Origin: an uncultured bacterium
Lineage (GTDB): Bacteria > Verrucomicrobiota > Verrucomicrobiia > Limisphaerales > UBA8199
Direction: 5' to 3'
Assembly: GCA_963749495.1 (NCBI GenBank)
Contig: CAVVMW010000013.1
Span: 1-64,000, forward strand
DNA length: 64,000 nucleotides
Shown here: one piece after another, positions 31,839 to 49,453 of the stretch
Numbering within the stretch: position 1 is the stretch's first letter
How the letters are laid out: each line of letters begins with the position of its first letter
Made by a program: the position numbers and the translations under genes
Notes under the pieces: generated by a model
Seen by the model: only the letters and a program-made list of their open reading frames with translations
Told to the model about the DNA's origin: nothing
The model's database searches: none

Positions 31839-32606
31839 TCATATATGCGAGCCTACCGCGCCCATAGGGAACGATTGCGCCCCGGTGATCACCGCGCCGT
31901 TGATTCCGATGGAGGCGCAGGCGCGCGTGTAGTCGGCGTAGCGCGGGTTGAGTTCTTCAGGCAGTTCATGCCATTGCCACAAGGAGCGCCCGGCATAACC
32001 GCGCTCAATCGTTCCGTTGGGATTGTCCCAGTGGTTCATCAGCCGAAGCTGAAGCGCCGGCCGCTCGCTAATGTCGAGCCGGTCAATCGGCTGGCCGGTT
32101 TGCATCAGACGCAGAAAGTGAAACCCACCATACAGCGCACCGATTTCGCTGTTGGAGGCAATCACGGTCACCGGTTGTTTTGCCACGAGAGCAGAGCGGG
32201 TGATGAAGCCCTCGTCACCGGCTGCGCTCAAGTCGGCGTTCCATTTCAAATCTCGCACCAGTTTCGAATTCGCCGGCGTGCCGACAATGACCGTGCCGGC
32301 CTGTAAGCCGCCTTCTTTTGATGGAACCTTGCTACCCAGCATGGCCGTGGCCGCTAAACACAATTCATCCCGGATAATTCCACACGTGGCTGAAGGGCCG
32401 TCCACGCAAATTTGTCGCACCACCCGACGGTATCGTCCTGAAATCTCGCCCGGTTGCGCGTATCGAAGCCAGAGTTTGTAACCGTCTTCGTCCGGCAACT
32501 CCAAGTGTGTTGCTGCTGCATCGGTGCCGGCCATGCAATTGCCAACGCAACGACCCGCGACGGCTGCTAGTCCTGCTGCCACAAATTCTCGCCGGGACAT
32601 TTTCAT
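31839..32606 (-). pseudogene. aguA: GH67 alpha-glucuronidase, 5' third only
   Basis: EDGYKLWLRY, GALYGGFHFLR, NHWDN..IERGYAG, ASIGING, then truncated near 31885. Confidence 0.88.
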
Positions 32607-32674
32607 AACTCAATCAAGGTTGAAACCAATGTCGAGATTCAAGATGTGAGTCTTTGTAGGTCTTAAGTCAGGAA

Positions 32675-34168
32675 TCAGGTGGTCTGAGAAACGGGGTTCT
32701 TTCGTCGTTTGGCCAGCTCGTCGGCCATCTTGAGGGTCATTCCTTTGTTGAGCTGGTAGGCCGCAAGCAGGACTGTGCAAATGGCGAAGAGCAGACCGAC
32801 TACAATCCCGCTGGTGAAACGATAGCCGGCAATCGCGTCGGGGGCGCCGGGGACGTGGGTGTCATAATGAAAAAAGCCTTGCATAATCCAGAGGAATGAA
32901 GCCGAGCCTAGCGCGAGCCCCGATTTGAGGGCGAAGCCGATGGTGGCGAACACCATGCCGGTGAAACGGCGGCCCACGGTCCATTCCGAATAGTCCGCTA
33001 CGTCGGCGAAAATGGCCCAGACCAGCGGAATGGTCGGCGCATAGCAAACGGCGATGAGGATCGTCAGCGCCAGCATGCCGACGACATTGGTTGGGGCAAG
33101 TAGATAGAACGCGAGCGTGCCCAGGCTGGCCGATCCAAACCCGACAACTGCGATCGCCTTCTTCCCGAATCGGCGCGATAGCGACGGCGAAAGGAGGATG
33201 ACCAGGATGGTAGTGGCGGTGCCGACCATGTTGATGATGCTGTTGAACACATCGGCGACGTTGGATTTGTCGCCGTGGACAAGGTAGCCGAGCGTTTCGA
33301 GGAGGCCGCCGGAAGTGCCGGTTGCGCCCGTCAGGCCGAGTTTGGCAAGGAAATCGTACATGGCGGCCTTGTCGGCGTAATGATGGTAATAGTTGTAGAG
33401 CGCGCCGCCGCGGAAGGAGAGGATGGCGAAGTGGATGAGGGTCATGATCGCCATCACCCGCCAGGGACTGTTCTTGAGCAAGTCGAGGAAATCCCGCTTG
33501 GGAGAGGCCTTCTCCTGCTGGACGGCCTGGATTCGCTCGCGTGTTGCCAGGAAGGTGATTAGAAAGAGAACCAGGCAGAGCCCGGCCCAGAGAGTCATTG
33601 TCATCCGCCAGCCGTATTGGCGGTCGTGGCCCGCGGCGAACTTCGCCACCAACGGCAGGGTGAACCCGCCCACGACGAATTGAGCGACATTGACCGCGAC
33701 AAAGCGATAGGAATTGAGTCTTGTGCGCTCATCCAGATCGCCGGTCATGACGCCCCCGAGTGCCGAGTACGGCATGTTGTTCATGGAATAGAGGGTCATG
33801 AGCAACCCGTTGGTGATGGCACCGTAGGCGATCATCGCGCCGAGGCTCCAGCCCCGGGGTGTCGTGTAGGCCAGAATCATCACGACCGCCCAGGGCACGG
33901 AGGTCCAGAGCACCCACGGCCGGAACTTGCCCCACCGCGTCCGGGTGCGATCGGCGAGAATGCCCATGATGGGATCGAAAAACGCGTCCCAGAGGCGCGG
34001 CACCAAAAGGATGGCTGCGGCGGCGCTGGCGGTCAGGCCAAAAACGTCGGTATAGAAGTTCAACTGGAAAAGGATCATCGTCATGAAGACGAAGTTGGCG
34101 GCGGCATCGCCCCCGCTGTAGGCGGCCTTTTCAAGAAACGAGAGTTTTTGGTTTGGGTTATCGGACAT
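32675..34168 (-). CDS. GPH-family (MFS_2) glycoside/pentoside:cation symporter
   Basis: DPIMGILADRTRTRWGKFRPW, ADVADYSEW, multiple TM segments. Confidence 0.92.
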   Translation of the reverse strand: MSDNPNQKLSFLEKAAYSGGDAAANFVFMTMILFQLNFYTDVFGLTASAAAAILLVPRLWDAFFDPIMGILADRTRTRWGKFRPWVLWTSVPWAVVMILAYTTPRGWSLGAMIAYGAITNGLLMTLYSMNNMPYSALGGVMTGDLDERTRLNSYRFVAVNVAQFVVGGFTLPLVAKFAAGHDRQYGWRMTMTLWAGLCLVLFLITFLATRERIQAVQQEKASPKRDFLDLLKNSPWRVMAIMTLIHFAILSFRGGALYNYYHHYADKAAMYDFLAKLGLTGATGTSGGLLETLGYLVHGDKSNVADVFNSIINMVGTATTILVILLSPSLSRRFGKKAIAVVGFGSASLGTLAFYLLAPTNVVGMLALTILIAVCYAPTIPLVWAIFADVADYSEWTVGRRFTGMVFATIGFALKSGLALGSASFLWIMQGFFHYDTHVPGAPDAIAGYRFTSGIVVGLLFAICTVLLAAYQLNKGMTLKMADELAKRRKNPVSQTT

Positions 34169-34180
34169 GAGGTGCCTTTT

Positions 34181-36526
34181 TTAGTCGATGACCGTGAGGA
34201 TGACCTTCTGCAAATCGGCGTCACGCGAGGAATTGCCGATCAAAATCTCGAATTCGCCCGGCTCGACAACATAGTTCATGTTCACATCGTAAAAGGCGAG
34301 CGATTCGGGCGTGATCTCCAGTGCCACGGTCTGCATTTCATGTGGATTGAGCGAGACCTTTTCGAAGCCCTTTAACTCTTTGACGGGACGGGTCACGGAA
34401 CTGACCCGGTCCCGAATATACATTTGCACCACCTCGGTTCCCGGACGCGGGCCGGTGTTGGTCACGTCCACGAGCACCTGGGTCGAGGCGCCGCGGCGGA
34501 TGCGCTTGTTGGCAAGCCGGACGTTTTGGAGGGCAAAGGTCGTGTAACTCAGGCCGAAGCCAAAGGGATAGAGCGGCGAGACCTCGTCCCACAGGTAGCC
34601 GCGCCGAGCGGAGGGCTTGTAATTGTAGAAGACCGGCAGGTGACCCGCCGAACGAGGAATGCTGATCGGGAGTTTCCCGCCGGGATTGTGGTCGCCGAAC
34701 AGCACCTCCGCGACCGCGCGGCCACACTCCTGCCCAAGATACCAGCACTCGAAGATCACGGGAATATTCCGGGCTATAGAGTTGATGGAAAGCGGCCGGC
34801 CGTTGAACAGGAATACGATGACCGGCTTGCCCGTTTCGAGCATGGCGCGGACCAAATCCTCCTGGCAACCGGGCAAGTCCAGGTTGGCGCGGTCCCCCAA
34901 GTGCTTGAGCGACCAGGCCTCCCGCGAGGTCTGCTCGTTGCCGCCCAGCGCGAGCACGATGACCTCGGCGTTCCTGGCGACCTCCACCGCCTCGGCAATC
35001 TGTCGGCGGTCCTCCTCGGGATGGCTGGGCACCACCTCATCCTGTTGCCAGGAGCCGCCCTGGGTAATCTTGCAGCCCTCCGCGTAGAGCACCTGGACGC
35101 AGCCACCCACGCGGGCTTTGATGCCGTCGAGCACCGTGACAGTCTGCCGGGGCAGCCCGCTATAGCCGCCCAACAGCATCCGGTTTGCATTGGGGCCGAT
35201 CACCGCGATGGTGTTGAGCTTCGACGGGTCGAGCGGGGCCAGGTGGTTCTCGTTCTTGAGCAGGGTAATGGTCTCCCGCGCCGCCTGGAGGGCGAGTTGG
35301 CGGTGCTCGTCACAGCCGACCACCCGCTCGGCCTCCTCGGGGTCCACGTAGGGATCGTCGAACAAGCCCAGCTTGAATTTCCAGTAAAGCATCGGCGCAA
35401 CCAGCTCATCCAGTTGTCTTTCCTTGAGCACATCTTTGCGGACCAATTCCACGAGGTGGAGATAACAGTCGGGTTCAGGCAATTCTATGTTGACGCCCGC
35501 CTCGACGGCGAGTTGGCAGGCTTCCTTTTTGTCCTTCGCCACGAAGTGCCCGTGGGTGTCAGGGCGGTCGCCCAATTCCCAAATTGCGTAATAATCGGAG
35601 ACCACAAATCCCTTGAAACCCCATTCCTTGCGCAGCACCTCGCGTAACAGCCAGTTATTGGCGTGCGAGGGCACACCGTCAATCTCGTTGTAGGAGGCCA
35701 TCACGCTGATGGCGCCGGCCTTTTGGATGGCTTCTTTGAAGGGACGCAAGAACGTCTCCCGCAACACCCGCTCGGAGACATTCGCCGGCGCGCAATTCAT
35801 TCCCGACTCCGGTTGACCGTGGGCGGCGAAGTGCTTGAGCGTAGCGATGACCCGCTTCTTGTCTCGGAACGAGCCGTCGCCCTGGAACCCCCGCACCGCA
35901 GCCATGCCGAGCTGGGTGTTCAGGTAGGGGTCCTCGCCGTAGGTCTCCTCCACCCGCCCCCAGCGTGGGTCGCGCGCCACGTCCACGACCGGTGTGAGCG
36001 CCTGGTGAGTCCCGCGCACGCGGGCTTCATTGGCGGTCATGGTGAAAAGGGCCTCTACGAGTCCAGGATTGAACGTGGCGCCCAGGCCGATGGGTTGGGA
36101 GAAATTGGTGGCGTCGCGAGCGGCATGGCCGTGCAGGCATTCCTCGTGAAAAATCACCGGAATGCCCAACCGGCTGTGCTCGAGGAAGAACTTCTGGATG
36201 GCGTTGGTGAGTTCCGCCATGCCGCGGGCGGTCTGCCCCTTCCAGGGTTCGCTGGGCGGAGCGCCGGCGTCACTCGGCCGACCGACCTGGCCCAGGCCAT
36301 GGCCCTTTTTGAAGGCAGCTTTGGCTTTTGCCAGGTCGAATTTGCCTTGGGCGTCGAGCAGTGTTTCGCTCTTCTGTTGCCACACGCACACCATCTGGGC
36401 GGCCTTTTCCTCAAGGGTCATGCGGCGCAGCAGGTCCTTGATGCGCGCGCTGGCGGAGAGACTGCGATTTTTGTACGGTGGCGTCGCAGTTCTGTTTCTG
36501 GAATCGGTTCGGGAGCTCTTGCTCAT
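34181..36526 (-). CDS. GH3 beta-xylosidase/beta-glucosidase
   Basis: EECLHG, RDPRWGR.EE, LKHFAAHG, VSDY, PFGFGLSYT, Fn3-like tail. Confidence 0.93.
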   Translation of the reverse strand: MSKSSRTDSRNRTATPPYKNRSLSASARIKDLLRRMTLEEKAAQMVCVWQQKSETLLDAQGKFDLAKAKAAFKKGHGLGQVGRPSDAGAPPSEPWKGQTARGMAELTNAIQKFFLEHSRLGIPVIFHEECLHGHAARDATNFSQPIGLGATFNPGLVEALFTMTANEARVRGTHQALTPVVDVARDPRWGRVEETYGEDPYLNTQLGMAAVRGFQGDGSFRDKKRVIATLKHFAAHGQPESGMNCAPANVSERVLRETFLRPFKEAIQKAGAISVMASYNEIDGVPSHANNWLLREVLRKEWGFKGFVVSDYYAIWELGDRPDTHGHFVAKDKKEACQLAVEAGVNIELPEPDCYLHLVELVRKDVLKERQLDELVAPMLYWKFKLGLFDDPYVDPEEAERVVGCDEHRQLALQAARETITLLKNENHLAPLDPSKLNTIAVIGPNANRMLLGGYSGLPRQTVTVLDGIKARVGGCVQVLYAEGCKITQGGSWQQDEVVPSHPEEDRRQIAEAVEVARNAEVIVLALGGNEQTSREAWSLKHLGDRANLDLPGCQEDLVRAMLETGKPVIVFLFNGRPLSINSIARNIPVIFECWYLGQECGRAVAEVLFGDHNPGGKLPISIPRSAGHLPVFYNYKPSARRGYLWDEVSPLYPFGFGLSYTTFALQNVRLANKRIRRGASTQVLVDVTNTGPRPGTEVVQMYIRDRVSSVTRPVKELKGFEKVSLNPHEMQTVALEITPESLAFYDVNMNYVVEPGEFEILIGNSSRDADLQKVILTVID

Positions 36527-36754
36527 GAATCGAAGGTTATAAGGTGAGTTGGTGCAAGGCGAGCCGAAATGAGTGGCGTCGGGATCAAGAAAAGGACCAC
36601 GCGGGTTCTCGTTTCGCCCGAACCGAATTCAATCTGAATCGGGGCATCTCGGAACCACTCTCCGTATCAAGGAGGCCATTCCTTTGTGGCCTGATGCCCC
36701 CCGCACATCGTGTGGCCGTTAACGATGATGTTCCGGCAGCACCGGGAATTGCGG

Positions 36755-38258
<1,504 letters not shown>

Positions 38259-38285
38259 GAACGTGGTGACTATTTCTGGGCCCGC

Positions 38286-41200
38286 CTAGTTCACGGCGGT
38301 GATCTTGCCGCTCACGCGGAAGTAGTCAAAATCCACGGAGCCGCCCGCGATCTTGGTCGCGTAGTTGAGCAACGCGAAGCGGTAGCCCATGAAATGGGGG
38401 AGGGTATAAGTCATTTGCAAGGGCTTTCCGATGGCGGTCCACTTGTTGCCGTCAAGGCTATAGAAGAAGTACGCTTTGTCCGTCCGGTTCTTGAAGTCGC
38501 AGTCCAGCTTCAGGAAGACAGTGTTCCCGGCCAGCGGGACGCTTTCCACCTCGACCGGAGAGTTGGACTCGGCGCTGACCATGGCGATCAACTTTGCCTC
38601 GCCGGCCATTTTCACCCCCACGAAGCCGTACTTCTTCTGCAACGCAGCGAGCCCGGCGAAATCCCCGTCCTTCATGTGGCTCACGTCAATGGCGATCGTC
38701 CCGGAGCACTCCGGGCCGAAGGTGCGCTGGGTGAGAGAGTTTCGGGCGTGGACGAGATCGGCGTCCACTCTGCCGGTGATCAGGCGCAGAAAGCCGGGAC
38801 GCTGGCTGAGGGACCAATACTTGTTGTCCGGGTTATGGTTCCATTGCCACGCCGGCGGAAGCGCGGGTTGACCGGGGCTTCGGTCGAAATCATCGGAAGC
38901 CACGATGTTGCCGAGCCCGCCCGGCCCCGCGGGAATCTTCAAAGTCGTCGGCACCTTGGCGTCAACGCCCATGACCGGCCAGCCGTCCTCCCATTTGACG
39001 GGAACCAGGAAGGGAGTGCGGCCAACCGCTCCGTGGTCTTGAAACAGCAGTGCGTGCCAATCCCCTTGGGGTGTGTCGATCAAACCTCCCTGCGCCACTC
39101 CCGCATCGCGCAAGGCGACTCGGCCTTCATAGGGACCGGTCAATTTGTCGGACCGGTGTACGAGTTGCGTGCGCATCCCTCCCCTGGGCCAGGTGATGTT
39201 GCACAGGTAATACTGGCCGTTGATCTTGCGCATGTGGGATCCTTCTGCGGGCAGACCGACGTTGGATCCCGCCACCCGGCTGGCGTTGGTGATGATCACC
39301 TGGTCCACGCCGCCCGGCTTGATCCCTGAAGTGTTGAGCGTGACCTTGGCGGCATTGGCCAGCTCGGGGCTGCTGCGCGGCGTGATCTGCGCGCTGGGGA
39401 ACAGCCCGTAGAGGTGAGAAATGTGGCGGTGTTGCTGTTCCGGCGCTTTGGCATCCCAGTCCTCCAGCCATTCCTGCAATTGCCCCCTGGCTCCGATTTG
39501 ATTCGGCGCCAACCGCGCTCGGGCCGTGCCGAGTTGACTTCGGAATTCGGCGTCCGTGCCGAGGATTTCCGAGGCCTCGATGCAATTGGAAAACAGATCG
39601 CGCAGGATCTGAGAATCCATGGTTGGACCGGCGCAGATTGCGGTCCGGAAGGGATGCTGGTTTTCCGGCGACAGAGACGGATTAGTGACGAGCCACTTGT
39701 GTGTGGGCTCTTCCATTAACGTGTCGAGGAAGAACTGGGCCGCGCCGCGCATCAGCGGATAAACCTGCTTCAGATAAGCCTGGTCGCGGCCGAATTGATA
39801 ATGATCCCAGAGCGCCAGGCACAACCACGCGCCGCCGCAGGGCCACATTCCCCAGTCCGGCCCGTCGATGGGACCCGTGGCCCGCCACAGATCGGTGTTG
39901 TGATGCGCCACCCAGCCGCGGGCGCCGTACATTTCCTTCGCGGTGCGTGCGCCCGTTTCGGCGAGATCGCGCACCATGGCCGCGAGCGGTTCAACGCACT
40001 CGCCCAAATTGCACGACTCCGCCGGCCAATAGTTCATCTCAGTGTTGATATTGATCGTGTATTTGCTTCCCCAAGGCGGGTTCATACCTTCGTTCCACAG
40101 GCCCTGGAGATTGGCCGGTTGCCCGCCCGGCCGCGAGCTGCCGAGGAGCAGATAGCGCCCGAACTGAAAATAAAGCGCCGCAAACTGGGGATCGTTCCCA
40201 TTGTGGAAATTCCGGATGCGCTCGTCGGTCGGCAGTTTGCTGGCTTCGCTGCTGCCCAGTTGAAGCGAGACGCGGCGGAAAAGCCGCTGGTGCTCCTGGA
40301 TATGCGCGCCGAGAAGGGCGCTGAAGGCCTTGCCCTCGGCAGCCGCGATTTGGGCTTTGACCACCGCCTCCGGATCACCGCTCACGTCCTGAAAGTTCCG
40401 GTAGCTCGTCGCCGCCGCGATCAGGATGGTCGCCGAATCGGCATGGGCAACGGCAACCGAATTGGACGCTGTGCTCACCGTCCCGCCGTCGGCCAGCACC
40501 CGGACCCGCACCTGGAACTTGAGGGCGGCCCGGATTCCTTGCGAACTCCCGTTGACGCCCCGCATGACCAGCGTGTGTCCTGATTCTGTTTCGACCGAGC
40601 CCTTTTGGGGCGATTTCAGTTCGGCGGCGAATGAAATCGCGCCCTTCTGGTCGGCCGTGAGGCGGACAACGATGACTTGATCCACCGGACTGGCAAAGAC
40701 CTGTCGCGAAAACCCCGTACTGTTGGCGTTGTACTCGACGGTGGCCACAGCCGTATCCAGGTTGAGATCGCGCCGGTAATTCTCCACGGAACTCGACTCG
40801 GGAAACGTGAGCATCAAGTCACCCGCTGTTTGATACGGCATCTGGCCCAAGGGTTTGGACATCACTCGTGCGCTGATGAGCCTTGCGGCTTCTGAGTATT
40901 TGCCTTCGAAAACCAACCGGCGCGCTTCCGGCAAAGCCTCCCGAGCTTGCGGATTGACCGGATCATAGGGTCCTCCCGGCCAAAGCGTCTCCTCATTTAA
41001 CTGGAGGCGCTCCCGGTTCATGCCGCCAAAAACCATCGCGCCAATTCGTCCGTTGCCAACGGCCAGCGCCTCCACCCACTTTGCCGCCGGCTGGCGGTAC
41101 CACAGACTGAGGCGCTCGCCGGGCGCGGATGCGTTTCCGGTTAACTGTGGCTCCGCGGCGAACAATGCGACCGGGCAATCAAGGAGAATCACGGCGCATA

Positions 41201-41333
41201 TGAGTTGGCGGAAGCAGATATTCACCTCACGATAATTTGGGCCTTCTTGCCAGGGGTGGACAGAAGAACACCGCAGGCCGATGGTGCGGGCAAAGGCAAC
41301 AGATTGGGCGAGGATGGAGGAGGAGATTTTCAT
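38286..41333 (-). CDS. In-frame chimera: truncated GH95 + C-terminal part of GH43 with beta-sandwich
   Basis: GH95 motifs to HRHISHLYGLFP..AAKVTLN; from ~39330 AEGSHMRKING.YY, AQGGLIDT, WQWNHNP, HFMGYRF. Confidence 0.8.
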   Translation of the reverse strand: MKISSSILAQSVAFARTIGLRCSSVHPWQEGPNYREVNICFRQLICAVILLDCPVALFAAEPQLTGNASAPGERLSLWYRQPAAKWVEALAVGNGRIGAMVFGGMNRERLQLNEETLWPGGPYDPVNPQAREALPEARRLVFEGKYSEAARLISARVMSKPLGQMPYQTAGDLMLTFPESSSVENYRRDLNLDTAVATVEYNANSTGFSRQVFASPVDQVIVVRLTADQKGAISFAAELKSPQKGSVETESGHTLVMRGVNGSSQGIRAALKFQVRVRVLADGGTVSTASNSVAVAHADSATILIAAATSYRNFQDVSGDPEAVVKAQIAAAEGKAFSALLGAHIQEHQRLFRRVSLQLGSSEASKLPTDERIRNFHNGNDPQFAALYFQFGRYLLLGSSRPGGQPANLQGLWNEGMNPPWGSKYTININTEMNYWPAESCNLGECVEPLAAMVRDLAETGARTAKEMYGARGWVAHHNTDLWRATGPIDGPDWGMWPCGGAWLCLALWDHYQFGRDQAYLKQVYPLMRGAAQFFLDTLMEEPTHKWLVTNPSLSPENQHPFRTAICAGPTMDSQILRDLFSNCIEASEILGTDAEFRSQLGTARARLAPNQIGARGQLQEWLEDWDAKAPEQQHRHISHLYGLFPSAQITPRSSPELANAAKVTLNTSGIKPGGVDQVIITNASRVAGSNVGLPAEGSHMRKINGQYYLCNITWPRGGMRTQLVHRSDKLTGPYEGRVALRDAGVAQGGLIDTPQGDWHALLFQDHGAVGRTPFLVPVKWEDGWPVMGVDAKVPTTLKIPAGPGGLGNIVASDDFDRSPGQPALPPAWQWNHNPDNKYWSLSQRPGFLRLITGRVDADLVHARNSLTQRTFGPECSGTIAIDVSHMKDGDFAGLAALQKKYGFVGVKMAGEAKLIAMVSAESNSPVEVESVPLAGNTVFLKLDCDFKNRTDKAYFFYSLDGNKWTAIGKPLQMTYTLPHFMGYRFALLNYATKIAGGSVDFDYFRVSGKITAVN

Positions 41334-41387
41334 GCGTGAGTTACTTCTGATAGATATTGCGCACTGCCGCGAGAACATTCCTCAGTC

Positions 41388-42083
41388 CTATGGACGAGAG
41401 CCTTCTGCGTTACCGTGTGCTCCGGCAACGGATGCCTTGCCGGTGGCGAAGGCCATACCGGCGTATTGGTCGTACCAGTTGGCCATCTTGATGATGACCT
41501 TGCACTTCGGGTTCACCGCTTTCGCGGGTTTGACGATGAGGTTCTCCGCAACCTCGCGCATGGTCTCGAGGCGGTACTGGGTCCAGGATTTCTTGCCTTT
41601 GGCTTTGATGTCGTAGTCGGTTTTACGGTCAAAGAAGTAATAATCGTCGAGCAGGATTTCGTCGAAATGGCGGGCGGCCATTTCGACGGCTTTGCGGGCG
41701 AATTGGCGGTTTTCCGGATCGGCGTAGTCAAAGCCCTGGTAGCCATTGGCTTCGCTGATGCTATAGGCCAGGCCGCCGCAAACCTGCACGCCCTGGTCCT
41801 GGTAGAACTTCTTGAGTTTTTCCAGGCCGGCTTCATCGACGAGCCTGTGGTTGCGCATGACCTCGAGATAGATTTTGTCGATCTTGAGATTGCGCGTCAG
41901 GTTAGACCAGGACCCGGCGGGATCGGGATTGCCGTTCATGAGGCCCTGCACCGTTCCCTGTATCACATAGGTCGAGACGATGAAACTTCTGTAGTGGTTC
42001 TGGTCCCGAGCCGGGACGGCCCGTGTTCCGATAGCCAGAAGAACGGCCGGAAGAATGGGGAACGGTCTTGCGTGCTTTTTCAT
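41388..42083 (-). pseudogene. Secreted TIM-barrel-like hypothetical protein, apparently truncated
   Basis: Signal peptide, FDEILLDDYYF, VIIKMANWY, then a short unrelated-looking tail from ~41455. Confidence 0.5.
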
Positions 42084-42304
42084 AATGACCTGTCAAACGA
42101 AGAGGCTATCGTTTCTTCATTCGTTGAGTCGAGGGTTCTCGGCGTGCGTCAATTTCTTAGTGTTTCGTCGGAAACTCGTGGAGGCTTACGCTAAGGCGCG
42201 GCAGGGCAAGCGAATCGGGGACTGCTGTAGATGAGGTTCCCGATGTGTTCGAGGAACTGGCCGGAAACGTATGGCGAAATCGGTGGACCTGTCTTGGAAG
42301 CGCG

Positions 42305-46009
<3,705 letters not shown>

Positions 46010-47464
46010 CTAATTTTGAGGATGGACCCGGTAGAGGCCGGCCCCGTGCGAATTAACGGTCTGGATGAGCTTGTCAGTGACGGGGCCAAGGTCTTTGTGA
46101 TTCCAAAGGTTGCGGAGCTTGGCCGGTCCGGCCACACCGATGTCCACAAGGGAGACTGAAATGTCCCTGGGTTCGGTCGCTCCCAGGTCCTGGGCCGGCG
46201 CGTTTGTTGGAGACGGGGCTGTTCCACCCGGCCCACCGAAGCCGCCTCGACCGCGCCGTCCGCCTCCCACTGGCACTGGGGCCGTATTGAAAAGCGCGAT
46301 GTACTTGTCCTTCGATCCGGGAACGTCCGCAACCCAGGCGACCGCGTTGTTGGTGTTGAAGAGTTGACGGTTGTTCGTGGAGTTCTGGCTTACCGCGAGC
46401 GCTTCGTCGTTGGTGAGGAGCGCGAGCGTGAACTCATCGTTCTTCGGCAGGTTGCCTCCGAGGATCAATGGCGAGCGAGCGATGCACCACAGAGTCATCA
46501 GCGTGAACTGCTCGTCCTTTGTGAAGTGCGTCCAGTTGTCCGTCGTCTGCCAGGCTCGAGCGTTGCCCAGCGGCAGCATGTCTGCATCGGGCCAGTGCCC
46601 GGGGCCGCGGAAGGGCGACCAACTGTCCAACCGTGCGAACTGGGCGTAGAGCGCGCGCCAGTTGTCCCAAAAATCGCCGCTGATCCGCCAAAGGTTCGCG
46701 TGCGTCTGGATGTGTTCGCCTTGGTTCAGGGGCGTGGCGCCCGGCGAAGTCGAGAGGACGATCGGCCGACCCGACCGGTCAATCGCCTTGCGGATGGCTT
46801 CGATCTCGTCCTTGTGATACGGCGCGGAGAGATCGTCCACCTTCACGTAATCCAGATCCCACGAGGCCAGCAGCGCGAAAACCGAGTCGTAGTACTCCTG
46901 CGCCCCGGGCCTGGTCATGTCCACGCCGTACATGTCGGTGTTCCAAAGGCAGGTGGAACCCTTCTTGGCGATGTCGGCGGCTTTGCAGGGCATTCCGAGG
47001 ATCGGCGAATTGTCCCGGTCCACGGCCTGACGCGGAATCCCGCGCATCAAGTGCAGGCCGAACCTCAGGCCTTTCGCGTGCAAATAATCCGCGATGGGCT
47101 TGCACGAGCGCGTCGCCGCCGCCATCGGGAAACGATTCGTTGCCGGGAGCAATCGTCCGTTGGCATCCATTTCCAGCACGGCCCCGCGGCGATACTGGGT
47201 CGTGTGCGCGAGCGGCTCGTACCACTGGATGTCAATCGTGATGATGTCCCACCCGTGCGGTTTGAGCTGCCGCGCCATGTAATCGGCGTTGGCGATCACG
47301 TTCGATTCCCAGACGCCCGCGCCGTAGCAGTCCCAGGAGTTCCAGCCCATCGGCGGTGTCTTTGCCCAAGACCAGAAGGTTGGTTCGGCGGCGGTTGCGG
47401 TTAGCCATCCCCCCAGCAATCCCGCCAGGGCGAGTATCAAGTTGAGCGCGAAGATTGGTTTCAA
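46010..47464 (-). CDS. GH27 (alpha-galactosidase/beta-L-arabinopyranosidase-like)
   Basis: TPPMGWNSWD, IDIQW, YVKVDD, WRISGDFWD, WPDADMLP; TTG start. Confidence 0.9.
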   Translation of the reverse strand: MKPIFALNLILALAGLLGGWLTATAAEPTFWSWAKTPPMGWNSWDCYGAGVWESNVIANADYMARQLKPHGWDIITIDIQWYEPLAHTTQYRRGAVLEMDANGRLLPATNRFPMAAATRSCKPIADYLHAKGLRFGLHLMRGIPRQAVDRDNSPILGMPCKAADIAKKGSTCLWNTDMYGVDMTRPGAQEYYDSVFALLASWDLDYVKVDDLSAPYHKDEIEAIRKAIDRSGRPIVLSTSPGATPLNQGEHIQTHANLWRISGDFWDNWRALYAQFARLDSWSPFRGPGHWPDADMLPLGNARAWQTTDNWTHFTKDEQFTLMTLWCIARSPLILGGNLPKNDEFTLALLTNDEALAVSQNSTNNRQLFNTNNAVAWVADVPGSKDKYIALFNTAPVPVGGGRRGRGGFGGPGGTAPSPTNAPAQDLGATEPRDISVSLVDIGVAGPAKLRNLWNHKDLGPVTDKLIQTVNSHGAGLYRVHPQN

Positions 47465-47514
47465 GTTTCCTCTAAATGGTGCGATTGGTCAGCGGGAACA
47501 ATTCGGATGCGGTG

Positions 47515-47650
47515 AGATCCGAATGACGGGCCTTGTCCAAGACAAACCGGCAGGCCCCAGGGTGTGAAGGGTTGGGCAGGACATAGGCGCCGAATTTCTC
47601 CCAAACCGACATTGCACCCTGTTGAACAACGCCTTCGGCCTCGGTTACCT
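47515..47650 (-). pseudogene. Degenerate internal fragment of an ECF sigma paralogue
   Basis: Nucleotide-level match to ~51387-51522 (TTGTTCAACAG..GCAATG..TTTGGGAGAA..CCCTTCACACCCTGGG..CAAGGCCCGTCA). Confidence 0.8.
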
Positions 47651-47672
47651 GAATATTGTGGTTCAAGAACCG

Positions 47673-49423
<1,751 letters not shown>

Positions 49424-49453
49424 ATGATTGAGGTTCAGGGTTTGGCATTCATG

